Shown here: one piece after another, positions 40,641 to 53,917 of the stretch | Numbering within the stretch: the first letter of the stretch is position 1 | Layout: every line of letters starts with the position of its first letter | Notes under the pieces: generated by a model | Told to the model about the DNA's origin: nothing | What the model saw: only the letters and a program-made list of their open reading frames with translations | Database searches by the model: none | Translations under genes and position numbers: made by a program | Origin: Octopus sinensis | Taxonomy: Eukaryota | Direction of reading: 5' to 3' | Length of the DNA: 64,000 bases | Assembly (NCBI RefSeq): GCF_006345805.1 | Contig: NC_043008.1 | Location: forward strand, 60,636,001-60,700,000

Positions 40641-41762
40641 TACTGAATAATCTCATTGTTTGTCATTTTAAAGTTTTATTTCATTAATATTCATTTATTT
40701 CATTAAAGATAAAGAAACCTTATGATTCAAATCATCCTTTAGAAATTTAATTACAAACAATTGCTTTCCTCTTTTACGGCATGATTAAATAATGACGTTA
40801 GTAGTTAGTTGTATTTTTAAGATTACAAGGCTGTATTCATCACGAGATGGTATATTTGTCATCTAATTTTATCATTATTTTTTTGCAGATGGTGCAGTGA
40901 TGACTTCTGTTACCGAAGATACTTCTGCAATATTTTCATCGATGCTGACAATTTACATGGAATAAAATAGTCAAGACAAAGCAAGGAGCATTTTTGTGTG
41001 TTTTAGATGAATTTTAGCAGTTGAAATCGTTCATGTCTTTTATTCAAATCCTACTTTATAGTAATACATTTCGAAAACCAGACTTAGCTACGCAAATAAT
41101 AAACAGCAATTCCCTTTGCAATTATTCTAATTTTAACTCCTGATTTTTCGTTACACACAACTCAAACCTAATACTCATGTCATTGAATTACGATTTTTGT
41201 AACTCATATTTTTTATAATGCTGAGCCCCTTGGTAAATACCATGGCTAACACTGTCTCTACTCTGCGTTGTTCATACATAATTATCCTAACTGCATTAAC
41301 AACAAATATTTTTTTAATCGCAATTTCTTAATTTTTATGGTTTAGGAATATATAACAAAGTTAGTGCTGTTACTGTAGATAATTCTAATTACATTGTCCT
41401 GGCTACTTGACAAAATACAGTCTCCCTAAAACACATAATTATGTACACTCTCACATAAAATATTAATAATAACAGAAAATCAAAGAATAAAGTGTTTTAA
41501 AAGATGTAAAGAAATAGAACAAATTTAATAGAGAACTTTGGTCAAAACATGATTTGTTTTAAATATTTATTACTTTTTTTTTAGCTGTTGTTCGGTATTT
41601 ACATTTTTTTATATTTTCTTTCACAATATTGTCCCTTTCTCGACATTTTGTCACGGAATTAATTACAAATAAAGAGAAGCAGCTTGTGAAGCTAATATCT
41701 GTGTTGGAGATTGGTAATTATCCTAATTTCTCTCTGGAATATTTTCAGTCTACTTACACTGC

Positions 41763-42410
41763 ATACCATTATTTTACTAGCATCTTAAATGGTGGTGAGC
41801 CGGGAGAATCCTTACCACTCATGGCAAAAATCTCAGCGGCATTGCGTCCCTCTTTACGCTCTGAGTTCAAAGTCCACTGACTTGTTTGGTATACATTATG
41901 GGCCGATGAAATAAATACCAGTTGAGAACTGGGGTTGATACCTATTTCTTTATTACCCACAAGGGGCTAAACGTAGAGGGGACAGACAAGGACAGACATA
42001 GGTATTAAGTCGATTATATCGACCCCAGTGCGTAACTGGTACTTAATTTATCGACCCCGAAAGGATGAAAGGTAAAGTCGACCTCGGTGGAATTTGAACT
42101 CAGAATGTAACGGCAGACGAAATACCGCTAAGCATTTCGCCTGACGTGCTAAGGTTTCTGCCAGCTCTCCGCCTGGGGTTGATACCATTATTTTACTAGC
42201 ATCTTAAATGGTGGTGAGCCGGTAGAATTCTTACTACTCATGGCAAAAATCTCAACGGGATTTCGTCCCGCTTTACCCTCTGTGTTCAGGGTCCACTGAG
42301 GTCGACTTTGTTTGGTATACATTAGGGGGCGATAAAATAAATACCAGTCGAGAACTGGGGTTGATGTAATCAATTTACCCCCGCCTCCGAAATTGCTGGC
42401 CTTGTGCAAA
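41763..42410 (+). repeat. Tandem duplication of an old family B SINE plus flank
   Basis: ataccattattttactagcatcttaaatggtggtgagccgg...gtttggtatacatta...gagaactggggttgat occurs at 41763-41940 and again at 42182-42365. Confidence 0.85.
41943..42173 (-). mobile_element. Young long-tail family B SINE inserted at the duplication junction
   Basis: Well-preserved copy, flanked by the direct repeat ctggggttgatacc at 41929-41942 and 42173-42186. Confidence 0.9.
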
Positions 42411-43346
42411 ATATTATTTTATCAGCATTTCATTCTTTATTGCTTCACAATTACCTCACTGGCATCATTGATCTCAATTTCAACAATATCGATTTCAGAA
42501 ACATAAGATACTTAGTTCGATGTTTGAGGAACATAGTTCTTGAAATATTACCTCATTACACAATACCATCTTACTAGGAATGTCACGACTATATTACATA
42601 ACACTATTACACCAGGTTATTACTATCGTACCGATGACTAGTATCAACAATTCACTTTGAAAAGCGAAAACCACTTAGAGCGTCTGAAGACTGACACATG
42701 CCAATAATATATCTATATGTATATTTTCTGAAACATGAGCACTAACAACTACGTGAAAAATGTCCTACCCCTCCTCCTAATAATCACCGTCATACATAAG
42801 TGAGTGTACTTGCGTGGTGGTGTAATGTTAGTATATATTTGTATGTGTATGTAAGACTGTTGTAAATTTATTTCATCGTAATTGTCTTACACACACATAC
42901 ACACACGAACAAACACATACACACGCGCACACACACGCATGCACGCACGCACGTACGCACGGCCGTATCATGTTTATGGCGGCGTACGAATGTGTTATAG
43001 ATCGTTTAAATTGTCTATGCCTTTTTTTTCTAGTTATTTATAGAACATGATGATATCAATCTAAGTTCTCTAACACTGGGTCGAAATAACACATAAAAAC
43101 AATATATAAACCGGCAATTTTCTTTATTTCTTTCGCTAATTTAAGAAAATTTTCACGGATTCTAAAAGAGAAGACAAAAAGATCGCGGTGCAGTTTATTT
43201 ATATGAAATGGGGACATTAAGGGTCAAGTAGAATATTAGTTGGATAACTTTAAATCTAGCTTAAAGAAAAATGTCTTCTTTATCTCCAATACACGATCCA
43301 TAGAATACAAAAGTACATTGTATATAGTTGGTCTACTTGGACCTAT

Positions 43347-43354
43347 GTTGTTAC

Positions 43355-43423
<69 letters not shown>

Positions 43424-43443
43424 TATTATTTATGGTTATTATT
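43347..43443. repeat. (ATT)n microsatellite
   Basis: Directly visible. Confidence 0.97.
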
Positions 43444-44107
43444 GAATGATCTTTTGACATTTAGATAATTACATTATGATCTACAATAGCCAGGATAAAT
43501 TCTTTAGTGGTTACAGAGGTTCAGACATTTTGCTTTAAGCGTTACGGAATGTAATTCGTATAACGTGCAATTTTATTGGATATCACTTCGTATGAAGCCA
43601 AATTCTGAAATATACGAAAGTTAAAGAAAAAGAGAGAATATAACTGAAAGAAAGGGTAGGTGAGATAAAACTCGAAATTCGCATCTTTCGGGATACTGAC
43701 TTGAGATACTGACTTGATGATTTCGTTTCCATGAAGAGTGTCTAAGGCAAGTCTTTACAGTTTGAAATACCCGTCCTTCATTTCAAAGTAAGTCATGAAG
43801 AATTTGAAAACAGTCTTGCTATGAAACAAATCTCTAGGTCATTGTATAAAATTTAAAAGACAGAGACTCCCTGTAACCAATTTTCAGTCGGAATAAATTT
43901 CTTTCAAATAGGTTATACTGTAGACACGACTGTAATCTTTTGTAATTATTTTTCCTGTATAGTGTAATAATCTACCTGCATCTCCCAGTTAGTATTTTGA
44001 TAAGCCCAGTGTGTTCATTAGATGGAGTGAAGGTAACAATGACATGTTGGTAGCGCTCTTTGCAGTGGATCGCTAAACATTACAGAAGACATGTTAAAGG
44101 CAATTAT

Positions 44108-44151
<44 letters not shown>

Positions 44152-44449
44152 ATGAATACACATAGTAGAATATCAGATGTTATAAAAGGAACTTTTAGCA
44201 TCTACATAAAAGATTAGTATTCCAGGTTATTCATATTCCGAATATAATTATCAAAGACAGAAACATTTCTTTTGTATACGGACTAACCCCTCTAAAATAA
44301 AAAAAATCATCTTCATTCACATTAACACGTAAGATTCAATTTAACGTGTGTTTAACAGAGATATTTTATACGAATCACGCTGGTTGAGACATATGAAGAA
44401 AAGTGGGAGAGTGGTTGGTATGTCAGCAAAATAAAGTCAGGGCAATATA

Positions 44450-45015
44450 TTGGGTTGTCCGGAAAGTTCGTGCCGATTTATAGTAGCTTACATTTGGACT
44501 TATTTTAGAACATGGTTGAGTCCATAAAATAGGATTTGACTATACCTCCATTTAGAGCAGTTTAAGCTATCTTTTCGAGGAAGAAAGGTTTGTGTTCCTA
44601 TAACCTGTGTTAATTCTATAACCCTTTAAAATGGAAGATAAGAAAGTTCATTTTCGTTACTTGACGCTTTGGGAACCAGACAAAAATTGCAGCAGCTCGG
44701 CTGGGATGTGTTATCCCACCCTCCATATTCACCAGATATTGGTGCTTCGGATTTTCCACTTATTCAGGTCTCTGCAGAATAGTCTTAATTGTAAAAATTT
44801 CAATTCCTTCGATGACGTATAAAGATACCTTGATGACTTCTTTGCCATGAAACCACCTCAATTCTTGGAAGAGGGTATTTTCAAGTTAAAGGAAAGATGG
44901 AGATGCATTGTGCAACAAAATGGTTCATATTTGGTTGATTAAAAATGTAATGGCAAGTATTTATTGACGTATTTCTTTCCTTTAAAAATCGGCACGAACT
45001 TTCCGGACTACCCAA
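44450..45015 (+). mobile_element. Internally deleted mariner (DD34D-type) transposon, 566 bp
   Basis: TIRs ttgggttgtccggaaagttcgtgccgatt / aatcggcacgaactttccggactacccaa (1 mismatch), with TA on both sides. The N-terminus MEDKKVHFRYLTLWE is joined directly to the C-terminal TRQKLQQLGWDVLSHPPYSPDIGASD/FHLFRSLQNSL...EEGIFKLKERWRCIVQQNGSYLVD (YSPDLAPSD-like motif). Confidence 0.95.
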
Positions 45016-45094
45016 TATATGAAAAAATACAAGAAAATTTTCCAAACCGAGATTCATTTTGAATACCAAAGAAACATGTAGAGAACAACAACAA

Positions 45095-45282
45095 CAACAA
45101 CATCGAAAAATACCTTAGGAATGAGAACCCAGGTTTGAAATTTCCCCAAGAGACCTGATAAAGGCCGAAGAGTATATCAACCGAAGCGTTGTGTTAACAA
45201 CAAACAAGATGAGGACAAATATCCGTCAATTGTAAATAATGTAAATAATGCATATAATTCCTCTTCTCTTAAATATAGAACT
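45095..45282 (+). mobile_element. Probable Penelope-like terminal repeat fragment with a degenerate hammerhead motif
   Basis: cctgataaaggccgaagagtatatcaaccgaagcgttg (45154-45191) fits CTGATGA..stem II..GAAACGTT with point changes; a short tgtaaataa repeat follows. Confidence 0.45.
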
Positions 45283-45418
45283 TACGTTCTGAGTTTAAAT
45301 TCCGCCGAAATCGATCTTGGTTTTCATCTTTTCAGGGTCAACAAAATAAGTACCAGCTGACGTAATCGACTGACTCCCCCCCCCACGAACTTGTTGGCCG
45401 TGTACCAAAATTTGAAGC
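45283..45418 (+). mobile_element. Family B SINE (headless)
   Basis: ttacgttctgagtttaaattccgccg...catcttttcagggtcaacaaaataagtaccag...ggccgtgtaccaaaatttgaa. Confidence 0.8.
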
Positions 45419-46466
45419 CATTATTAATGATGGCGATGACGATAATTATGACGACAGTGAAAACAGCGACTATGGCGACACCAATCTTGGTAAGAATGAT
45501 AATAATGTTATTAATACTCGGCATGATGAAGATAAAAATGCTTGTGACGATGATGATTATAATGAGGACAAGGGTGATAATTACAAAGTTAATGAGATTA
45601 ATGATTGTGATGATGATGATCATACCGTGAAAGGAAAATGTAAATGATATAGTTTTACTTCCGTTTTGATAAAAAAAAAAAAAAAAAATCGTTTTTCTTG
45701 TTAAATTGCATTTGAAGTTAAAAGATAATGTGATACTATTCCCTTTGATTTACAAGACAATAGTAAAAAAAAAGTCTGAATATTATTATTTTTTACATAC
45801 ATATGCGTAGCGTGTATATGTTTGACTGTGTAGGAGTGTCTGTCGACGCGCATATGTATGATGGAATATACATAATTTTAACGTAGCCTTAGTACTTCTG
45901 AGATATTACCTATAAACCTCTGTAAGCGACTGCAAAACTTAAGTATATAGTACGTGTAGATACATCAGCAACATAAATAAATGTCCAATATGTATATATT
46001 TGCATATCATTATAATTAGCTCTAAGAACTATAATCAATACTAAATATTCTATAGTTCAGTAACCACAGAGGCGGAATTTTTCTCCTTTTTCTTTATAGG
46101 TAAAATTAGTGTACCTATTGTGAACATGAACTTATCTGCTTGTCTGGTGTGAATGTGTGGACGTGTGGCTTGGATATCACGAACACACACATACAGACAC
46201 ACATACACACACACGCGCGTAATGCCTAGACATGTATATCTTTGTATGTGTATACAAGTAGGAGCCTATGTGTTTGAGTGCTTTTAAAACTATGTCTGCC
46301 CAAACGCTAACATATAAACATATACATATAGACGTACAGAGATATCTAAGAGAGAGAGAGGGGGGAGGGAGGGAGAGAGAGAGGAAAGAAGGATGTTTGA
46401 AAAAGCGAATGATAGACGTCGCATTTAGAGATCAAAGTTGATGACAGTATCATCGATCAAAGGCAA

Positions 46467-46485
46467 ATATATGTATATATGTATA

Positions 46486-46557
<72 letters not shown>

Positions 46558-46621
46558 TATAATATATATGTATATATGTATATGCATATATATATGTGTA
46601 TATATGTATATATGTATATGC

Positions 46622-46656
<35 letters not shown>

Positions 46657-46986
46657 ATATATATACATACACATATATAAATATATATATATATATAATA
46701 TATGCATATATATATACACATATATAAATATATATATATGTATATATATACATACACATATATAGATATAGATATATATGTATATATACATGTATATAAA
46801 TATATATATATATATATGTATATATTATATATATATATATACACATATATAAATATATATATGTATATATATATATACATATATGTATATATATCCATAT
46901 ATGTATATATATATATATATATATACATATGTATTATACATATATATATATACATGTATATATATATATATATGTATATATATTTG

Positions 46987-47033
<47 letters not shown>

Positions 47034-47225
47034 GTATTTGTATATGCATATAGATATATATACATATACATGTACTTATATACAAGAATATATATACATT
47101 TACATTAACATACACACACAATATACATATATATATGTATACATGCATGCATACACAAATACACACACCGTATATATATATATATATATAGATATATATA
47201 TATATAATATATATATATATATATT
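46467..47225. repeat. Long interrupted (TA)n microsatellite
   Basis: Directly visible. Confidence 0.98.
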
Positions 47226-47579
47226 AGTAGGGTCATAATAGATTCAGATATATTGCCTTTTGCGTTATTCGTACTGGAACCTCTCTGTTGTCCGTGTTCA
47301 AAATCCGCCAATGTCATCAATTTCGCCTTCCATACTTCCGAAATCGACAAATAAAGTGCCAGTCCGGAATAAGGGTTGATTTCTTTCTTTTCTACCCCTT
47401 TGTCTCTCTATATCTTTGTTTTCTTGTAAAAGAATTTGATATCGGCTGTGTTCAGACCAAGATTGAGGCGATCTTCACCAGTTTTATAATGATCACGGCA
47501 CGTTTTATTCTGTTGGACAGACGTATCTATGACACCATCAGAGTGTGGGTTAGTAAGCCATGAAAGATATACCTGTATA

Positions 47580-47646
<67 letters not shown>

Positions 47647-48752
47647 TCTACATGTGCACACCTACGCGTAACCTTATCATTGCCTCACATCAACCCTTGA
47701 CAAGTGGTGTTGGTTTCTTTCCGTCTGTAACCTATCTCTTTGATCTAAAACACCAAACGATTAAGTAACACTCTTCAGAAATATACTGTGGTCGATTTGT
47801 GATCGCAGTCTCTAATATCAAAATAGATATAACCGAAGAATAACCACTTAAGTACCATGCGTTATTTGTAGCAAAAATTGCTCCTTCAAAAATTATTTGC
47901 AATTGAATTAATATCTGTGTATGTATGTTTGTGTGTGCGTGCGTGAGTGTATGTGTACGTATGTGTGTGTGTGCATTTGTGCCTCTTTCTTCACGTGTAC
48001 GCATATATCACTGAAGTGTTTGTGTGAGAAATACTGTATATGCATAGACAGGATTACGAATATCTGTTATTGTAATTAATGCTTTCTTATATTACATCTG
48101 ATTCATATGGTAATTACACACTGTATTTTAAGAATTGAGAAGTCAGTGTATTTTCCGCGGGTTTGCTAAAGTTAGCGATGAAATTGGAGCAATGTCTCCT
48201 TAAAAGGCTTTCCACATCCTTTCCACTATTTATGAAGAACGTAAGAGCTGTGTTACAAGAAACAAACATCCGATATAATTAACTAAATGATTCAAGGATC
48301 TTTGCTCTAATAATTCTAACCAATATTAATTGTTTTATTTTTTCCTTTCTGTTGCTACTTCTACGGCTTTTGTTGTTCTTAAGCCACGAGTCACGTTGGT
48401 CAAATGATCAAAGACGTTTTAGCCACTTTCATGTTTCTAGTTTCATAGTATAATGTGTAAATACGACTGATGTTATGTACTTGTAATCAAATATCCTATG
48501 GAATGTTTACAGTGAAAATAGCTAATTAAATATCTGATTAGTATGCATGAAATTCGTCTGATCTCCACTGATCGTTTACTGTCAGATTTATTTTTTTCAG
48601 ACATTCTTAGTCAAGAGAAAAGGCTTTTCCGATTTCTTAACCTGCTAGATAAAACGGTCAAATCTCAAATATAAGAAAGCACCAATATAATATATGATAC
48701 ACACATACATACTCACATGCATATATACCCCCATCTCTCACTCCCACTCTCT

Positions 48753-48802
<50 letters not shown>

Positions 48803-49159
48803 CGCATACTCACATGCATTTATAAATGTATATAAACGAGCACATTTAAATTTTCTGAGTCGGAGCCTGTAAGGAAGACTTCAATATTAGAGCCTCTTAT
48901 CAAAATACATATACTCTAAATAACTGTGTACTGAGTCTTCATTTTAACTCTGACCTTCCCGACTCCAGGCTTTCCACACACACACACACAAATATACACA
49001 CACTCAGAGATTTGAGGGTCATTGCTGAAACGCCTTTGATTATAAATCTCATCTGGGCTCAGCTGAAATTTATAAAAGAAAACAACTAAATATCTTTCAA
49101 AGCATCATGAAGAGTAGCGGTGAAGATGAACTTACTTTTGGTAATTAAGTCTCTCTCTT

Positions 49160-49562
49160 CTCCCTTTTACTTGTTTCAGTCATCTGACTGCAGCCATGCT
49201 GGAGCACCACCTTTAGTCGAGAAATTTACGCTAGGACTTATTCTTTGGAAGCTTGGTACTTATTCTATCGACCTCTTTTGCTGCACCGCTAGGTTATGGG
49301 GACGTAAACACACCGCCATCGGTTGTGAAGTGATGTTTGGGGGAACAAACACAGGCACACAAACATACACACACACACACACATTTATACACATATATAC
49401 GACAAGCTTCTTTCAGTTTTCGTCCACCAAATCTACTCACAAGGTATTGGTCGGCCCGAGGCTATAGTAGAAGACACTAGCCCAAGGTGCCACGCAGAGG
49501 GAACGAACCCGGGAACATGTGGTTGGTAAGCAAGCTACTTACCACACAGCCACTCCTGCGCC
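49160..49562 (-). mobile_element. Full-length family A SINE
   Basis: Runs from ttttacttgtttcagtcatctgactgcagcc to ccacacagccactcctgcgcc. Confidence 0.93.
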
Positions 49563-50008
49563 TATAGTCAGAATTTTTCTGAAACAAACTGTAACTGCGA
49601 TAAAACTTGTACAACCTTGTTTCAATAACTATGACTGCAAACAATAATACTTACTAACTTCGGCACAAAGACTGCAAAACTAATTAAATTTCTTACCAAT
49701 GGCTATAGTACTTATCTACAAACATTGGCCTTAAAATTCGTAAGCTGAAACCAAAGTGGAAGATACCTTGCATTATTCCATAAATGAAATGTACGAGTCT
49801 TCGTCTATCTCTGAAGTAGATACTCCGTGCATAACCATAGCAATTTATACATTTGTAGTTTTACTGCTCTGCTAAGCGGTATTACGAACATAATCGAAAT
49901 AACCATTGCTCATATGAATAATACAAATCGATTATCACTCAAACTATCGAATACAGAAACACTAAGAAAATATAATTCAAATTATACCCGATCATTTTAC
50001 GAAATGAT

Positions 50009-50393
50009 GGGGAAACACTCCGTCGGTCACGACGACGAGGGTTCCGGTTGATCCGATCAACGGAACAGCTTGCTCGTGAAATTAACGTATAAGTGGCTGA
50101 GCACTCCACAGACACATGCACCCTTAACGTAGTTCTCGGAGATATTCAGCGTGACACAGAGAGTGACAAGGCCGGCCCTTTGAAATACAGGTACAACAGA
50201 AACAGGAAGAAAGAGTGAGAGAAAGTTGTGGTGAAAGAGTACAGCAGGGATCACCACCAACCCCTGCCGGAGCCTCATGGAGTTTTAGGTGTTTTCGCTC
50301 AATAAACACTCACAACGCCCGGTCTGGGAATGGAAACCGCAATCTTACGACCGCGAGTCCGCTGTCCTTACCACTGGGCCATTGCGCTTCCAC
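50009..50393 (-). mobile_element. Full-length family C tRNA SINE (tail type 2) with 12-bp TSD
   Basis: Head gtggaagcgcaatggcccagtggtaaggacagcggactcgcggtcg...cccagaccgggcg; tail ...ggaaccctcgtcgtcgtgaccgacggagtg. Direct repeat ttacgaaatgat at 49997-50008 and 50394-50405. Confidence 0.93.
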
Positions 50394-50469
50394 TTACGAA
50401 ATGATATCAGTATATTGTCAGGGGTAGCCATTAATGAATACTCTATCACTGAAAATAATAATTCTTTTT

Positions 50470-50655
50470 TACTTTGGTACAAGACCAGCAATAGCAAGGG
50501 GGCGGGGGCGATTCTATTATTTCAACTCCCAGTACCTGAGGATTAATTATTTTATCGACATCGAAAGAATGAAACGTAAAGTTGAGGTTGGCGGAATTTG
50601 AACAGAACGCCTAGAGAAGAACCGTTAAGCATTTTGTATATGTTAACGATTTCCG
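50470..50655 (-). mobile_element. Diverged family B SINE
   Basis: ttttatcgacatcgaaagaatgaaacgtaaagttga...ggcggaatttgaac...taagcatttt. Confidence 0.7.
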
Positions 50656-50657
50656 TT

Positions 50658-50705
<48 letters not shown>

Positions 50706-50710
<5 letters not shown>

Positions 50711-50995
50711 AAAGACCTGGAAATAGAGGTAACCAGAATGTGGAATCTAAAAACAGAAACAATTCCTATCATAGTAGGTGCATTAGGCATGATAAAAAAT
50801 ATTCAGCCAAATACATAACAAAAACACCAGGACTTACAAATACATATAACATACAGAAAATTGCACTACTAGGCACTGCACACATCCTACGCAGAACACT
50901 TTCCATACAATAACCATCAGAGCATCACAACAAATCACAGCACATACTGCGCTCGGTAGTGAAGTGAAAGCACGCTATAAAAAATAAAACTACTG
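50706..50995 (+). mobile_element. 5'-truncated R4/Dong-like (restriction-like endonuclease) LINE 3' end inserted in (TAA)n
   Basis: Translation with one frameshift: YKDLEIEVTRMWNLKTETIPIIVGALGMIK/KYSAKYITKTPGLTNTYNIQKIALLGTAHILRRTLSIQ*. This matches the KY.DL..E..R.W....P.VVGALG...QK..LLGTA.ILR pattern at the end of R4-clade ORFs. A short 3' UTR follows, with (AAT)n on both sides. Confidence 0.9.
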
Positions 50996-51002
50996 AATAA
51001 TG

Positions 51003-51068
<66 letters not shown>

Positions 51069-51077
51069 TAATAATAA

Positions 51078-51463
51078 CGGTTTCAAATTTTGCCACAAGG
51101 AAAGCCATTTCGGAGGAAAGGATAAGTCGATAACATCGACCCCAGTGCTAAACTGGTATTTGTTTTTATCGACTCGGAAAAGATGAAAGGTAAAATCGAC
51201 TTCGGCGGATTTTGAACTCAGAACGTAGCGACAGGCGAAATACCTATTTCTTTACTACACACAAGGGGGGCTAAACACAGAGAGGACAAACATGGACAAA
51301 CAAACGTATTAAGCCGATTATATCGACCCAAGTGCATAACTGGTACTTATTTAATCAATCCCGAAAGGATGAAAGGCAGAATTTGAACTCAGAACGTAGC
51401 GGCGGGCGAAATACCGCTAAGCATTTCGTTCGGAGCGCTAACGATTCTGCCAGCTCACCTCCC
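51078..51463 (-). mobile_element. Dimeric family B SINE
   Basis: Two cores; the junction cgaaatacctatttcttt (~51236-51253) is the reverse complement of the 20231-20247 junction. It is flanked by (AAT)n. Confidence 0.9.
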
Positions 51464-52301
51464 TAATAATAATAATAATAATAATATAATGGTTATACTG
51501 AAATGCCTGTATTTGCCTAAATCGGAGCATAACAGTTGATCATCATCATCAACAATAGTAATTGTAGCAACAATATCAACAATATTGACATCAGTAACAA
51601 AAAAGCATTAACATGAATCTGAAGATCATAAAAATAAAAGAAGATAGAAAAACATTCTTTGCGTGCTCATCTGAAATCCACAAGACGAGGTAACGTGAAT
51701 CCTCATACCGAAATATATGGTGTTTATTCAATAGATAAAAAGAGTGAGGCGTTGCTCTCTGTCTGCGAAACCTCTGCGGAGGATGCTCCTAATAAATAAA
51801 ACCCACGTTACACGCATGGTTTGCAGATGTTTCGAAAATAAATCCTATATTATATAAATCTGCCACTAACAAGGTCCACATCGATCTGGTTACCATGGTG
51901 AAGGATGTAAATTGGATGCACTGTTTTAGAGGATGAAATCTTATGGGAAATAAAAATGGTGATTTCAGTGACATAATTAAGTTAATTTCTCATTGGGCAC
52001 ATTGCTATTGATTTTTAGGAGTTCAGACATCATATTTAGACTTTATTTCAATTCAGCCAGTCTCCAAATCTATCGACACACAATTTAATACAAAATATAC
52101 ACATGTACATCTATTCATAATAATACTCACGAACTGAAACACACAAACAGCGTTTCTTATTTTTATATTTATGCATAATATGTGTATATGCTATATATAA
52201 TATGTGTGTATAATATATATATATATGTGTGCGTGTGTGTATATATATATATATATTTGTGACTACATTATAAATCTGTATAAGCATATACATACATATG
52301 T

Positions 52302-52359
<58 letters not shown>

Positions 52360-52724
52360 TATATTATATATATATATACACACACAAGCAAATATACGTT
52401 ATACGTATGAATATATAGTGTATATAAGTATGTGTGTGTGCGTATGTATGTGCATGCGTGAGCGTGTGTGAACGATTGTATGCATATATACAAATTGATA
52501 TATTCTATATTTGATGAGTTTTACATTCTTATCAAACTTATATAAATGTGAATATTTTTACATAACTAAGAAATGCTATACTGATATGAGAATAATCAAA
52601 TTTTCTAGATATATCGATATATTCGCAGTCGTGTTTGTGCGTATACAGTATATCTCGCATAACCATTTCAGTTATATATTCATACATGTAAAGAAATAGG
52701 CACAAATGCACACACAAACAGATA

Positions 52725-53134
52725 TCTATATCTGTTTATCTATCTATCTATGTATCTATCTATATCTATATATCTATATCTATATCGAACTATCTATCTA
52801 TATCTATATCTATCTATATCTATATCTAACTATCTATCTATATCTATATCTATCTATCTATATCTATATCGAACTATCTATCTATGTCTAATTATCTATC
52901 TATATCCATCTATATTTATCTCTATTCTCTATCTATCTATCTATCTATATCTATATCTATTTATCTATATCTATCTGTATATATTAATCTATATCTATCT
53001 ATCTATATCTATATGTATATATTAATCTATATCTATCTATCTATCTGTATATATTAATCTATATCTATCTACTATTATATATATATATATATAAGATATA
53101 TATATATAATATATATATACATATAATATTATAC

Positions 53135-53214
<80 letters not shown>

Positions 53215-53237
53215 CATATATACATATATATATATAC

Positions 53238-53275
<38 letters not shown>

Positions 53276-53313
53276 TAATATATACTATACATATATATAT
53301 ACATATATATACA

Positions 53314-53372
<59 letters not shown>

Positions 53373-53410
53373 CATATATATAATATACATATATACATAT
53401 ATATATATAC

Positions 53411-53452
<42 letters not shown>

Positions 53453-53478
53453 ATATTATATATATATATACATATATA
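52725..53478. repeat. (TATC/TATATC)n followed by long (TA)n
   Basis: Directly visible. Confidence 0.97.
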
Positions 53479-53917
53479 ACGAGAGAGATCTATTTTTGTG
53501 GTTGTGCGTGAAAGCTTTGTGCTTGTGTGTGTATTCTTTTCCACTTGTCGGTAAAAACAAGACTTTTACGCGGAATAATGCACAATAATTAATATGTAAA
53601 GAGTGTAATATTTTTATTTCCTTTGTGGTTAAAGTGTTAATTCTATTCTGAGCCGGGATAATCTTATTGACGAGAGGTCGCGAACAGTATCATCTAAAAT
53701 CAAAATAGTGTTAACACAGTAAAAGGAGGCACTAAAATAGCAATAATACAATAATGGCTTGTAATTTAGGCAAAATGGCAGTATTTTTGAGGGGAGGGGA
53801 TTTGTCGATATATTCGATAACAATATTTGACTTGTGCTTTATTTAATCGACTCCGTTAAGATAAATTAATTTTGTCCGTCGCTAAGAGCATTACATGATT
53901 ACTATGATAATAACAAT

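Noticed and set aside
50310-50393. tRNA gene calls at SINE heads (also 5200-5279, 55450-55528, 59430-59513, 2758-2830)
   Set aside because: A/B boxes are present, but each continues into a SINE body with tail or TSD; they are tRNA-derived heads, not tRNA genes.
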